Shown here in pieces: positions 29,953-40,743 of a stretch of DNA of 64,000 nucleotides; positions within the stretch are counted from its first letter, which is position 1, and each line of letters starts with the position of its first letter. The notes under the pieces were generated by a model that saw only the letters and a list, made by a program, of their open reading frames with translations, made no database searches and had not been told where the DNA came from. The DNA is from an uncultured Methanospirillum sp. (lineage in GTDB: Archaea > Halobacteriota > Methanomicrobia > Methanomicrobiales > Methanospirillaceae), in contig CAZWTX010000004.1 of the NCBI GenBank assembly GCA_964637135.1, positions 1 through 64,000 of the forward strand, given 5' to 3'. Made by a program: the position numbers and the translations under genes.

Positions 29953-32643
29953 ATGATTCGTGTCCTCTATGTAGATAATGAACCGGCATTACTGGATGTC
30001 TGTCAGTGTTATCTTGAACGGGATCCCGAATTTGAAATAGAGATCGAGACGAGTGGAATAACGGCTCTTTCCCGGATTTGCTGGGATTCATATGATGCAA
30101 TCGTGTCTGATTATGACATGCCCGGAATGAATGGAATCGAGTTTCTGCATTCTGTCCGGGAAAAAAATCCTTCAATTCCGTTTATTATATTCTCAAGTAA
30201 GGGCCGGGAAGAACTGATTATTCAGTCTCTCAATGAAGGGGCTGATTTCTATGTCCAGAAAGGGGCAGACATAAGGGCACAGTATGCGGAACTGGCACAT
30301 AAAATCCGCCAGGCAGTGGTTAAAAACCGTACCGTTCATGCTCTCATCGAAAGTGAAGAGCGATTTCGTGCTCTCACAGAACAGTCCCCTGATATTATCA
30401 TCAGGATAGACGCTTCTTTCCGGATTCTTTATGCCAATCCCAGGATTTCCGTTCTTAGCGAAACCCGGCCGGATGAGTATCTCGGAAGTGATCTGAGGGA
30501 TGTCACCCCGCTTCAGTTTGTCATGAAGGCATGGGAGGAAGAGATCAGGAATGTCTTTTTTTCAGGCAGACCTTCAGAACTGCAATGTGAAATTACCGCG
30601 GGATCCTGGCTTGATTGTCTTTTTTTCCCTGAGTTTTCTCCTGAAAAAGAGGTGACTGCGGTGACCTGTTCGCTTCGCGATATCTCGTCCCGGAGGGCTG
30701 CCGAGAAGGAACGTGAAGATCTTCTTGACGATCTCATCTCACAGGGGGAATTTATCAATGCATTATTGAATGCCCTGCCGATTCCGGTTCACTACAAGGA
30801 CAATACCCTGAGGTATTCCGGGTGCAACCGGGCATTTACAGTGTTAACCGGTATCACCGAGGAAGAGCTTATCGGGAAACAATCCTGCGATATATGGCCA
30901 GCGAACGAAGCCGCCCTCTGTGAATCCACTGACACCATGCTGATCAGGGAGGGACAGCTCACCACCCATACCACTACCATCACCGATCGATCAGGGAGGG
31001 TCCATGATATCATCCATTCAAAGAATCTCTTTCACGATCACCAGGGAAATGTTGCCGGGATAGTGGGTGCTTTCCAGGATATGACGAATTATAATCAGCT
31101 CGTGAAAGATCTCAAGAGCCGCGAGGAACTGTTCAGGATGATCGTCAACCAGAGTTCCGATCTTTTTATTATCCTGACTCCTGATCTTGAAATCTCCTAT
31201 ATCAGCCCTGGAATAGAACATCTCGCCGGATTCCTTGCAGAAGAGGTAACCGGGCATATTACCCGGTTTTTACATCCTGACGATCTTGAGGAATCTGTCA
31301 GGTTGATTCAAATGCTCTTTGACCGGCCTGATACGTATATGAACGCCGAATTCAGGGCAGTAACCCGGACCGGTTCGTATATTCTCTATGAGGGAACTGC
31401 CATCAACTGTATTGATAATCCTGCTATCCATGGTATTCTCGTTACTGCCCGTGATATAACCCTCCGGAGACATATTGAGGAACGTCTTGCCCAGACACGG
31501 GCATTTATACAGAACCTTATCGACTCGGCCCCTGTCATGATCGCGATTATTGATTCTGGCGGTCGTATATCTCTTTTTAACCATGCATTTGCCGATTTCT
31601 TTCATTCTCAAAAGAATGATCTGATAGGGATGATGGCCCGGGATCTGCTTCCTCCCGAGATGATTGATATCGTAATGCCCATCGTAGCCCGGATACTGCA
31701 GGGACTCGATACCGAGACGAGTGAATTCAGAGTGAAACGGCCCGAAAATGAGATATTTCTCTCCACGATCTTTTTTCCGATCGAAGATAACGGGATCATC
31801 ATGGCCGGGTTTATCGGCATGGATGTCACGGAAACCAGGCAGATCATGGGAGAACTCAGCCGGAAATACGAAGAGAATGAACTGCTTGAGGAGCTGGTCC
31901 GGAAACGGACCGAAGAGGTAACCTGGCTTCTTGACCAGAAGAACCTTCTCCTTACCCGGATTGCCCATGATCTCAGGACACCGCTGACCCCCCTGACCTG
32001 GTTGATCCCTGATCTCAGAACCAGTGAGAGTGACCCGTACCGCCGTGAGGTACTGGAGATCCTCGAACGAAATGCGATAAAAATGGCCAGTATCGTCGAT
32101 AAGATTCTTCACCTGACACGACTCGGAACCATGTCTGAGATCCCTGATCTCCAACTGGTATCTCTCATGAAGATTATGGAGCAGATCATTACCCAGTACT
32201 CTGTTGAAGCGGAGATTCGTGGATGCAGGATCGTCTCCACAATCAGCACTGATCTCATGGTTCACACATCCCCTGGCCACATGGAATCTGTTTTTGAAAA
32301 TATCCTCTCAAATTCGGTAAAGTACTCCCATGACGGGGGAGAGATCCTGATTTCCGGAGAAGATTGCGATGGTAGCATTGTCATTACCATTTCAGATAAC
32401 GGAATTGGACTATCTGAGTATGACCTGATCCATATTTTTGAACCTTTTTTCAAGGGGGATCATTCACGCCATGACCGTGATTCATCCGGACTCAGCCTTT
32501 CTATCACAAAACGGCTTGTGGAGGCTCTGGGGGGCACTATTTACATATCGAGTAAGGGTCTTGGAGAAGGTACACAAGTGACCCTCACGTTCCGGAAAAA
32601 TACTGTTGAACAGATCTTCTCATCCGGATCTTCTCTCCCCTGA
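29953..32643 (+). CDS. Hybrid sensor histidine kinase: REC, about four PAS domains, HisKA, HATPase
   Basis: VLYVDNE/SDYDMPGMNG receiver, repeated PAS segments, IAHDLRTPL, NILSNSVKY and DNGIG motifs; GGAGG site before MIRV. Confidence 0.92.
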   Translation: MIRVLYVDNEPALLDVCQCYLERDPEFEIEIETSGITALSRICWDSYDAIVSDYDMPGMNGIEFLHSVREKNPSIPFIIFSSKGREELIIQSLNEGADFYVQKGADIRAQYAELAHKIRQAVVKNRTVHALIESEERFRALTEQSPDIIIRIDASFRILYANPRISVLSETRPDEYLGSDLRDVTPLQFVMKAWEEEIRNVFFSGRPSELQCEITAGSWLDCLFFPEFSPEKEVTAVTCSLRDISSRRAAEKEREDLLDDLISQGEFINALLNALPIPVHYKDNTLRYSGCNRAFTVLTGITEEELIGKQSCDIWPANEAALCESTDTMLIREGQLTTHTTTITDRSGRVHDIIHSKNLFHDHQGNVAGIVGAFQDMTNYNQLVKDLKSREELFRMIVNQSSDLFIILTPDLEISYISPGIEHLAGFLAEEVTGHITRFLHPDDLEESVRLIQMLFDRPDTYMNAEFRAVTRTGSYILYEGTAINCIDNPAIHGILVTARDITLRRHIEERLAQTRAFIQNLIDSAPVMIAIIDSGGRISLFNHAFADFFHSQKNDLIGMMARDLLPPEMIDIVMPIVARILQGLDTETSEFRVKRPENEIFLSTIFFPIEDNGIIMAGFIGMDVTETRQIMGELSRKYEENELLEELVRKRTEEVTWLLDQKNLLLTRIAHDLRTPLTPLTWLIPDLRTSESDPYRREVLEILERNAIKMASIVDKILHLTRLGTMSEIPDLQLVSLMKIMEQIITQYSVEAEIRGCRIVSTISTDLMVHTSPGHMESVFENILSNSVKYSHDGGEILISGEDCDGSIVITISDNGIGLSEYDLIHIFEPFFKGDHSRHDRDSSGLSLSITKRLVEALGGTIYISSKGLGEGTQVTLTFRKNTVEQIFSSGSSLP

Positions 32644-32982
32644 TAGGACTGTCAGATCCATTCCCTTTCACCACCTTCTTACAGGATATATACGCCCCGT
32701 TCACTGGACCCCATGATGAATCGTAGGCCTATGCCTTGCTTTCCTCTTCCTTGGGATACGTAGTCAGCCTGAATATCCTGTGGTATTGAGAATCCGATTG
32801 TGGTCGATCCTGGGACCGCTGAAAGGGATGCACCTTGCATATATCATCATGCAGTTCAATATAAAACTGGCTGATTCCATTTTTCATAAACAAATCTGGC
32901 CGGAATGAATAAACCGGGCGCGAGAAATGGCGTCCGGAATGGAAGGTGAGATATTGAAAAAGGAAAAATGCAGAAGCCGTTA

Positions 32983-34335
32983 TCAGGTCCTGGGTATTGA
33001 TGAATGAGGTAAATTACCCCCGAGCAGGGATTCAATCCTCTCTGATATCCTGTTCAGGAGTTCCTCGTCTGATATCACTCCATCAGGGGGTTCGATGATC
33101 TTTCTGAACTGTATCGGGACATTATCCATCCGGTACACGATCCCCGGGACTTCAACCCCGCTGATACCAACCGGAATGTAAAGATCAGAGATCATGGCAG
33201 CGACGTTGAAATGGGGATCGATGGTAATCCAGTAGTGTTTTTTAAGGTGCCTGACTGCCTGGGCCGGAAAGTGGGCTCCGGCATCTGTCCCGATGTTAAT
33301 GAAGAGATCGAGTTCATCTCTTATCGCGAGATCGATAATCCCGGTCTCTCCCGGGTTCATATGGGCGTGATCCCCCTTTGTGAGATCGATACAGTAGGGG
33401 AATCCGAATGTCCAGGACCAGACGATATTTGGGCCCACGATATTGAAATGTCCCCGCATTGCCATGATTGACCATTTGGAGAAGGCATTGAGGTCTCTGA
33501 TAAGCGAGATGGCTATATCGATGTTATGGTTCCGCCCGTCTGTATGGGTCAGACCCATGCCGAAGAAAAAAACACCAAAATTAGCTTCCTTGAGTATCTC
33601 GGCGACCTCGAGAATTGTCTGTTTCGGCACTCCTGCAACGCTTTCCGGGATATCTGCTTCATACCCCCGCACTGCCATCCTGAATGCATTGAACAGCTCG
33701 TAATCATGACCCTGTTCCACCCTGATGTACTGATCAGCGATACCGGCCGTGTCTGTGAGTCGGGGATCAATTACAATTACTTTTCGTTTGTTGTATCCCT
33801 TGTTGGCAAAGAATCCGGTCGGATAGATAGAATACCGGGCCATATGTCTCGGGTGGGCATGTACCGGGTTTGCTCCCCAGTATACGATGACATCAGCCCG
33901 GTTCTTCACCTCACCAAGTGTGCACGTCGGGTACCCGTTATCGAATATCGCCATCAGGGAGGGTCCGTGACAGATAGAGGCACAATTATCGAGAATTCCC
34001 TTACTCAGTTCCATCAGTCGTGCAGCTGCTGTCTGAGCTTCGCAGGTGGTGGATCCAAATCCATAACATGCCGGTTTTTTTGCGGCAATAAGTCTTTCAG
34101 CAGCTATTTCTATGGCATCATCATAGGAGATCTCACGCATTGACCCGTCCGGCTGGCGAAGAAGGGGCAACCGGTGGCGCTTGCGGTAATTTACCGATTT
34201 AAATATCTCTGCCCCGACTGCACAGGCGTTCTTTACCTCTTCGATAGTTTTCCCGTCATCGGATACCGTGATCTCAAGATCATCACAGGTACTACCACAG
34301 TATGGACACCCGACATCCTCATGGATCGTTGGCAT
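32983..34335 (-). CDS. fwdB: Formylmethanofuran dehydrogenase subunit B, copy 3
   Basis: CPYCGSTCDD, NCASICHGPS and NPVHAHPRH motifs. Confidence 0.92.
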   Translation of the reverse strand: MPTIHEDVGCPYCGSTCDDLEITVSDDGKTIEEVKNACAVGAEIFKSVNYRKRHRLPLLRQPDGSMREISYDDAIEIAAERLIAAKKPACYGFGSTTCEAQTAAARLMELSKGILDNCASICHGPSLMAIFDNGYPTCTLGEVKNRADVIVYWGANPVHAHPRHMARYSIYPTGFFANKGYNKRKVIVIDPRLTDTAGIADQYIRVEQGHDYELFNAFRMAVRGYEADIPESVAGVPKQTILEVAEILKEANFGVFFFGMGLTHTDGRNHNIDIAISLIRDLNAFSKWSIMAMRGHFNIVGPNIVWSWTFGFPYCIDLTKGDHAHMNPGETGIIDLAIRDELDLFINIGTDAGAHFPAQAVRHLKKHYWITIDPHFNVAAMISDLYIPVGISGVEVPGIVYRMDNVPIQFRKIIEPPDGVISDEELLNRISERIESLLGGNLPHSSIPRT

Positions 34336-34744
34336 GTATGATTTCCTCGTTCATACCGGCTGTTTTCAGGATCAGTTCCCTGACAGAACGGATAGATTCT
34401 TCAGGTGCCGGGGTAACCGTGACCGGAAAACCACTATACTGGGGGGCACCTGCAGACTGGGTCCGTGCAGGAACGATTTGATTTGCCCATATCCCCTGTC
34501 GCATGTGACACAGACCTGGGTAACATTCCTGCACGGCAATGATGGCCCGGACAATGACTTCCCCGGCTTCACTTGAAACCCTGACGATACTGTTTTCAGG
34601 GATATCACGCTCAACCATATCGAGTTCATTCATCTCGATGATACTACAGGATCTGAAGTACTCCGGCGAATCCTTTCCGATCTCCATTGCCACCCCTTCC
34701 TCAATGGACCGGTGGGTGATCAGGATTAGGCTGTTAGTATTCAT
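34319..34744 (-). CDS. fwdD: Formylmethanofuran dehydrogenase subunit D, copy 3
   Basis: QGIWANQIVP..GAPQYSGFPV; paralog of 40213..40620. Confidence 0.88.
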   Translation of the reverse strand: MNTNSLILITHRSIEEGVAMEIGKDSPEYFRSCSIIEMNELDMVERDIPENSIVRVSSEAGEVIVRAIIAVQECYPGLCHMRQGIWANQIVPARTQSAGAPQYSGFPVTVTPAPEESIRSVRELILKTAGMNEEIIHANDP

Positions 34745-34914
34745 TTTTTCCAGTGTTCCTGTTAGCTTAACAGGATCGAATCCTTATTCATATTGGACGG
34801 TGTGTTTTCTTATCTGTTCTGTCTAGGAATGATCAGATGTCCGGATATAATTGAGTAACAACTCTGGAAGCGAGAAAAAGGGAATTAATAATGGCTTGGA
34901 ATACCCGGAAAGGC

Positions 34915-35190
34915 TCATTCATCAAGCATCCGGGCTGCCAGTTCATAGGGATTCTGCGGGCGCTCGGATCCCTCCTTGTTTGTAAAGAATGTATGGGGAT
35001 GGATCTGCTTGAGCTGATCAAGGGTGAGCCGGTTTACCATATCCCGTGCAACAGCATCTGCTTCAGCTGATCTTCCTGGATTTTTCAGGATAAACCCCAT
35101 TTTTATATGCATCATCATCGCTTCTTTCAGTTCCACATCGTTCAGCCGGTCAAATGGAGTAAATTTTTCAAAAGGTTCTGGTCTGGCCAT
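34915..35190 (-). CDS. Hypothetical 91-aa protein
   Basis: Clean ORF with a GAGGAG site, about 10 bp after the methyltransferase stop. Confidence 0.6.
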   Translation of the reverse strand: MARPEPFEKFTPFDRLNDVELKEAMMMHIKMGFILKNPGRSAEADAVARDMVNRLTLDQLKQIHPHTFFTNKEGSERPQNPYELAARMLDE

Positions 35191-35200
35191 ATTTTTCTCC

Positions 35201-36229
35201 TCATGGTTTCTGGATCAGGTGTATCGTGGATTGTCCCCACTCACTTCGGATGACCCCTGTCTGAAGGACGTGGAGCCCGGTATCAGAGCAGGTCTTCTCA
35301 AATTCTTCCTGTTCAAAAAGCCGGTGGTAATAATCATGGATCCCGAGTTCAAGTTCATAGAGTCCCTGCATTCCGGTCCCTACAGGTGGGGCCGTGAGCC
35401 AGTGGTTTGAAATAAACATCCCGCCAGGACGAATCCATGATGCGATCCGGTTCACTACCCCTTCCAGCGAATCCCTGAACGGGTACAGGGCATGTGAAAC
35501 AAGGACCAGGTCAGATGGTTCTACATCCGCTTCGTTCCAGATATCCTTTGAATTAATGGAAATCCGATCTTCCAATCCAAATGATGTGATGTTCTCTTTT
35601 GCGACCGCTGCCTCCTCTGGACCAGCATACACCACTGCTTTGAGATCCGGACTGGCCTGGCAGGCAGCGATGGCAAACAGAGCAGTTCCCCCGGCGACTT
35701 CAAAAAAGGTTTCTGCTTTTTGAAAAGCCCCGGCTGTTTTCAGAATACCGGCAATGTTCTGAACGGTTCCCCGGAGCAGATGCTCTGATCGGGCTTTGAC
35801 TGAACTGGCATTCACGGGGGATTCAAAAGTGGTTTTCGTCTCCGGTCTGGTCAGGTAGGTACTTATCGAGAGCCAGGGGGAGCCGGGTTCAGAGAAATTC
35901 ATCAGGTAATCACCCTGGAAAAACCTGCTTTCCCTGACAAAATGCATCCGGCATGCCGGGGAGAGAGAGTACTTCTCTCCTGATCGTCTCACCAGGTCAA
36001 GATAATAGAGTGTTCCAAGGAGACTGGATATGAATTCTGGTTTTATACCGGTACCGGAGCTGATTTCCCCGGGGGTGGCTGGTTCATGTCCTGCAATCCA
36101 GTCGAAGAGATTCAGTTGAAGGCAAGCCCGGATAACCATGTATTCTTTGTATACCTGGATGACATCGTCTACGATCTCAATTACGGGCAATTCTGGCATT
36201 TTCAGGATTTCATTCGTGTATTCTGACAT
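35201..36229 (-). CDS. O-methyltransferase-like protein (dimerisation domain plus SAM fold)
   Basis: N-terminal HTH-like dimerisation domain; FEVAGGTALFAIA, DLVLVSHALY and IRPGGMFISNH motifs. Confidence 0.75.
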   Translation of the reverse strand: MSEYTNEILKMPELPVIEIVDDVIQVYKEYMVIRACLQLNLFDWIAGHEPATPGEISSGTGIKPEFISSLLGTLYYLDLVRRSGEKYSLSPACRMHFVRESRFFQGDYLMNFSEPGSPWLSISTYLTRPETKTTFESPVNASSVKARSEHLLRGTVQNIAGILKTAGAFQKAETFFEVAGGTALFAIAACQASPDLKAVVYAGPEEAAVAKENITSFGLEDRISINSKDIWNEADVEPSDLVLVSHALYPFRDSLEGVVNRIASWIRPGGMFISNHWLTAPPVGTGMQGLYELELGIHDYYHRLFEQEEFEKTCSDTGLHVLQTGVIRSEWGQSTIHLIQKP

Positions 36230-36357
36230 ATGTATCAGGAGGTTGTGGATCGAGGGTATCGGTGTCCGCTACCCTGGTGAAGGTTCACATCCGGTCTGGA
36301 ATGAGAAGATGAGAATTACGGCCTGGTTTGTTTCAACCGGGAGTTATAAAAAAAGGG

Positions 36358-37158
36358 TTATTTCTTCAGGAAAATGTTTCCGTAGATGATTTCGCCCTTC
36401 TTCTTGTCTTTTCTCTCTCCGAGGTCGCCAATATACTGGTCAAAGGTATACGACTGGCCATCAACTTCTTTCTCGATAGTTGCAACTTTCTTGAACCCGG
36501 GGAGCGGGTATAGGATCTTCCCGAGGATATAGGCGTCTCCCTTGACCATCTGGCCTCCGACACGGCCCTCGACGTCGCCTTTGATGATTACGGTACCGCC
36601 ATCGGCATGGGTCAGGACATGGATGAATGCGTCACCCTCAATGATAATCGTTCCGCCGGTCATAGCGGTTCCGATATCGTTTCCTGCCTTACCCCTGACA
36701 CGGATCAGGCCGCCACTCATACCACGCCAGTCACCACGGTAAGCACTTCCGACATGGTTCTGGGCGTCACCTTCAATGAGGATCTCTCCTCCCTCCATGG
36801 CAATACCAAGGAAACTGTCTGCGTTCCCCTTGACGGTGATCTTCCCGCCCCGCATCCAGCCCCCGATATACATGTCGGCATCGCCGTTGATGACGATCTC
36901 GCCACCGGTCATCTGCTGTCCGAACCGTTTCATCCGGCGGACATTACCGTTTACCACGATCTTTGTCTCATCAGCGGTTGCACCGGATTTTCCTTCAAAG
37001 GAGAAGAAATCTCCGAGTTTCCATTTGACCTTCCCTTCATGGGCAGGAAGTTCAGCTATTTCTTTCAGACTCTTTCCGGCAAACAGATCAGGGGTGACGC
37101 TGTAGCACTCAAGGAACAGTTCTGGCTGCTTTGCCAGGGTCATTGTTACGGTTTCCAT
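36358..37158 (-). CDS. fwdC: Formylmethanofuran dehydrogenase subunit C
   Basis: GXGXG beta-helix repeats; GSAYRGDWRGM motif. Confidence 0.94.
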   Translation of the reverse strand: METVTMTLAKQPELFLECYSVTPDLFAGKSLKEIAELPAHEGKVKWKLGDFFSFEGKSGATADETKIVVNGNVRRMKRFGQQMTGGEIVINGDADMYIGGWMRGGKITVKGNADSFLGIAMEGGEILIEGDAQNHVGSAYRGDWRGMSGGLIRVRGKAGNDIGTAMTGGTIIIEGDAFIHVLTHADGGTVIIKGDVEGRVGGQMVKGDAYILGKILYPLPGFKKVATIEKEVDGQSYTFDQYIGDLGERKDKKKGEIIYGNIFLKK

Positions 37159-37168
37159 TTTTTACACC

Positions 37169-38884
37169 TCAGACAACGTTGACTTCGATAGCACGCGGAT
37201 TGTACACGTGGTCGTCGAATACTGCATAGTTCTCAAGGTTCACGGTGTAACTCTTGGTAAACTTTTCTTTGATATCACGTATGACCTGGGTATTTTCAGG
37301 CATGGTAACCTTGGTCCAGATCGTATGACCCTGAGGTTCTGCAACAATTTCTCCATCCTGAACAACGATTTGTCCTTCCTTGATCGTATAAAGGGTCTTG
37401 CTGAACGCTTCTTCGATCATCTCCGGGTTGGTCGGGAGTTTCGTTGCATCAAGGTTGTAGATGGCGACGTTTGCATCTGCACCGACGGCAAGGCTACCGT
37501 ACATGTTGACCATTCCAAGTGACTTAGCCGGACCGGCACGGGTCATCATGGCGATATCATACAGGCCGAGTTCACGGTCCATGGATGCGATATCAGTTGC
37601 TGCCATGACCTTGTCCTTCCGTTTCATGGATTCCAGGGTTTCCAGCCGGGCTTTATGAGACATGAGCCACTTGATGATACGCGGGTACCGGGTGAATGGC
37701 CCTGCATTCGGGTGGTCGGTGGTGATAAAGACACGCATCAGGTCTTTTGCATACAGACCGAGTTCAAGTCCGGTTGCCCACTGAATGCCGTTGACCGTGA
37801 TGTCCTTGTCATATACATAGGGAACAATTCCAGATCCGGTCTCAAGTTCCACATCACAATTTGCCCACTTGAGGTGGTTGAGGGTGGTCAGGTGGTGTTC
37901 GAATGGTCCGTCTGCAGTCATGGTGGTGGTCTCGTCAAGGGTGACACAACCGAGATCGATGGTTATATTGTCGTTTTTATTGACATAGTCCATGACCTCC
38001 TTTGCTGCAGATGCGAATGTACCCCAGCCTTCTCCCTTGTAGGAGTGGAACTGCAGGTGTGTGTTATGGATTACCTGGGTACGTCCAAACTTGTTCTTGG
38101 CTTTGTATCCGGAAGCAAGTTTAAGCGTGTCAAGGGTGTCCTTGTAATTCCCAGGGTTACCAAGGTTATTTCCATGAAGGTGGATTGAGTGGGGAAGGCC
38201 AAGGTACTCGTTTGTCTCGATCAGGCCTTTGATGATCTCGGCAGGCGTGATGTCAAAGTAGGGAACCGGGTCGTTGATAGTGAGGCAGTTCTCTCCCCAT
38301 GCCCACGCCTCGGTCCCACCCGGGTTGACGACCTTGATAGCAACACCGTAGGTGGATTTCAGAAGCCAGGCTACATACGCAGCGTTGTTCTCAATCTCCT
38401 TGTTCTTCAGGTACTCAAGACAGAACCAGTTGTTCCCAAAGACCGGCATAGCGGAGAGATCGATGATCGGGGTGTCACGTATCTCTTCATGAACATGCGG
38501 TGCCATCAGCGGGGGCATGGCAGCTTCGTTAGCATACGTGTATCCCAGACGGGCATATGAATACCCGGTCTTCCAGGTTGACGGAATAGAGAATCCCATC
38601 TCCATACGCTTGCCCTGCTTGACAATGCCACCACGGAAGGAACCCCTGAAGAGTTTATCTTCCGGCCGCATTTCACGACCGAGATTGACCTTCGGACCCA
38701 CGATATGGGTGTGGATATCAACACCACCGGCCATAACGGTCTTGCCTGCAGCATCGATGGTCTTTGCCTTTGAAGAGACCTTGTCAACAATCTTGCCGTC
38801 CTTGATGGCAATGTCTGCTTTGTCTCCCTTGATCCCGGAGATCGGGTCAAAAACATACCCGTTCTTGATAAGCAGTTCTGACAT
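37169..38884 (-). CDS. fwdA: Formylmethanofuran dehydrogenase subunit A
   Basis: DIHTH, KVVNPGG, ETTTMTADGP and TTDHPNAGPF motifs. Confidence 0.95.
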   Translation of the reverse strand: MSELLIKNGYVFDPISGIKGDKADIAIKDGKIVDKVSSKAKTIDAAGKTVMAGGVDIHTHIVGPKVNLGREMRPEDKLFRGSFRGGIVKQGKRMEMGFSIPSTWKTGYSYARLGYTYANEAAMPPLMAPHVHEEIRDTPIIDLSAMPVFGNNWFCLEYLKNKEIENNAAYVAWLLKSTYGVAIKVVNPGGTEAWAWGENCLTINDPVPYFDITPAEIIKGLIETNEYLGLPHSIHLHGNNLGNPGNYKDTLDTLKLASGYKAKNKFGRTQVIHNTHLQFHSYKGEGWGTFASAAKEVMDYVNKNDNITIDLGCVTLDETTTMTADGPFEHHLTTLNHLKWANCDVELETGSGIVPYVYDKDITVNGIQWATGLELGLYAKDLMRVFITTDHPNAGPFTRYPRIIKWLMSHKARLETLESMKRKDKVMAATDIASMDRELGLYDIAMMTRAGPAKSLGMVNMYGSLAVGADANVAIYNLDATKLPTNPEMIEEAFSKTLYTIKEGQIVVQDGEIVAEPQGHTIWTKVTMPENTQVIRDIKEKFTKSYTVNLENYAVFDDHVYNPRAIEVNVV

Positions 38885-40210
38885 TTATGCCCCCTTTGCG
38901 TTGAGTTCATCAACACGATCAGCAATCCTGTTGAGCAGTTCCTCATCGGTGAGCAGACCCTGCGGGTCAAGAACCTGCCTGAACTGGATCGGCACGTTGT
39001 CCATCCGGTACACGATACCACCGGTGTCTACACCACAGATACAGACCGGGATGTGCAGGTCAGCAATCTCTGATGCCATACAGATGCTTGGATCGATGGT
39101 AACCCAGGGATGTTTCTTAAGGTGCTGGACTGCAGGGATCGGGAAATGGGCTCCGGCATCGGTTCCGATGTTGATGAACATATCCACCTCGTCCCGCATA
39201 GCCATGTCAACCGAGCTTGTTTCGCCCGGGTTCATGTGGGCATGGTCACCTTTGGTAAGGTCAAGGCAGTATGGGAATCCGAACGTCCATGACCAGACGA
39301 CACCAGGTCCGGCGATATTGTAATGACCACGCATTGCCATGATCGTCCACTTGGAGATCTTGTTCAGGTCACGGGTGAGCGATATGGCGATATCGATGTT
39401 GTGGTTCCGGCCATCCGAGTGGGTCAGCCCCATACCGAAGAAAGTGGTTCCGAACCTGGCGTTTGCCATGATTTCGGCAACTTCAAGGATCTGTTCCTTC
39501 TTAATTCCGGCGACTTCATCGGGAAGATCATCACCGTGACCATTCACGACCATCCGGAATGCATCGAAGAGTTCGTAATCATGGCCCTGCTTTACCTGCA
39601 AGTGGTAATCGGCTACATTTGCGGTGTCGGTGTACCGGGGGTCAATGACAATGACGGTACGCTTTTTCTGTCCCTTTCCGGTGAAGAAACCCCGGGGGAA
39701 GATAGAATAGCGTGACATGTGCCGGGGATGTGCATGTGCCGGGTTTGAACCCCAGTATACGATCACGTCAGCCCGGTTTTTGACCTCTCCGAGGGTACAG
39801 GTCGGGTACCCGTTGTCAAATATTGCAAGGAACGACGGGCCGTGACAGATGGTTGCACAGTTGTCAAGCATTCCGCCGGCTGCTTCCATGACCCGGGCTG
39901 CTGCTGCCTGCCCTTCGCAGTTGGTTGAGCCAAATCCGTACATCAGGGGTTTTTTGGCCTTGTGCAGGTGTTGTGCAACCCACTCTATGGCTTCATCGTA
40001 GGAGATATCCTTCATCGAGCCGTCAGGCTGACGAAGCCGGGGGAGCCTGATACGGTGTTCAGAACTTCCATGCTTGAAGATCTCGGTACCGATCGCACAG
40101 ACGTTCTCGACTTCGAGAACCTTCTTTCCATCGTCAGAAACCGTTACCCTGACATCATCACAGGAACAGCCACAGTACGGGCATCCCACATTCTCAATAA
40201 CCTTTGGCAT
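38885..40210 (-). CDS. fwdB: Formylmethanofuran dehydrogenase subunit B, copy 2
   Basis: CPYCGCSCDD, NCATICHGPS and MRGHYN motifs. Confidence 0.95.
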   Translation of the reverse strand: MPKVIENVGCPYCGCSCDDVRVTVSDDGKKVLEVENVCAIGTEIFKHGSSEHRIRLPRLRQPDGSMKDISYDEAIEWVAQHLHKAKKPLMYGFGSTNCEGQAAAARVMEAAGGMLDNCATICHGPSFLAIFDNGYPTCTLGEVKNRADVIVYWGSNPAHAHPRHMSRYSIFPRGFFTGKGQKKRTVIVIDPRYTDTANVADYHLQVKQGHDYELFDAFRMVVNGHGDDLPDEVAGIKKEQILEVAEIMANARFGTTFFGMGLTHSDGRNHNIDIAISLTRDLNKISKWTIMAMRGHYNIAGPGVVWSWTFGFPYCLDLTKGDHAHMNPGETSSVDMAMRDEVDMFINIGTDAGAHFPIPAVQHLKKHPWVTIDPSICMASEIADLHIPVCICGVDTGGIVYRMDNVPIQFRQVLDPQGLLTDEELLNRIADRVDELNAKGA

Positions 40211-40212
40211 CT

Positions 40213-40620
40213 TTACTCACCCTTCCACATTCCAACGGCTCCCTGGACGAGTTCCAGTGCTGACTTCAGTCTTTCTTCCGGTGCCGGTTCCACGGTAACC
40301 GGAAACCCGCTGTACTGGGGTGCACCGGTTGACTGGGTCCGGGGAGGAACGACCTGGTTTGCCCAGACACCCTGGCGGATATGGCAGAGACCGGGATATA
40401 CTGTCTGACGGGCAACGACAGCCTTGACAATTACCTGTCCGGATTCACTGGTTACCCGGACATTGGTGTTCTTCAGGATCCCGAGTTCTTTCATGTCCTT
40501 TTCATTCATCTCGATGATGTTACAGGCATCAAAGTATTCTCTGGAGGTTTTTCCGATCTCCATGGCAATACCTTCTTCGACTGCCCGCTGGGTTATCATG
40601 TTAAGAGTTTTTTTCGACAT
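40213..40620 (-). CDS. fwdD: Formylmethanofuran dehydrogenase subunit D, copy 2
   Basis: MSKKTLNMIT...QGVWANQVVP; first gene of the DBAC operon. Confidence 0.92.
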   Translation of the reverse strand: MSKKTLNMITQRAVEEGIAMEIGKTSREYFDACNIIEMNEKDMKELGILKNTNVRVTSESGQVIVKAVVARQTVYPGLCHIRQGVWANQVVPPRTQSTGAPQYSGFPVTVEPAPEERLKSALELVQGAVGMWKGE

Positions 40621-40720
40621 AGGATCTCCCAAAAAATCCTACTAATACTGATATGGGATGAAAAATTCATCTCATCTGATCAGGAAACCCTGCACCGGTT
40701 CAGAAAGATTGAAACAGATT

Positions 40721-40743
40721 GTGACTAATGATATATTAGGCAC
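40721..40743. promoter_or_regulatory. 23-bp imperfect palindrome GTGACTAAT-N5-ATTAGGCAC upstream of fwdDBAC
   Basis: 9-bp arms with one mismatch, read directly from the sequence. Confidence 0.55.

Noticed and set aside
31270..32280. 336-aa minus-strand ORF, and many similar antisense ORFs (e.g. 42439..43320, 61895..62740, 26241..27008, 38517..39323)
   Set aside because: Shadow frames fully overlapping well-supported genes on the opposite strand, with no recognisable motifs.
36358..37158. Repetitive Gly-rich periodicity in both fwdC genes
   Set aside because: Explained by the known FwdC beta-helix repeats.
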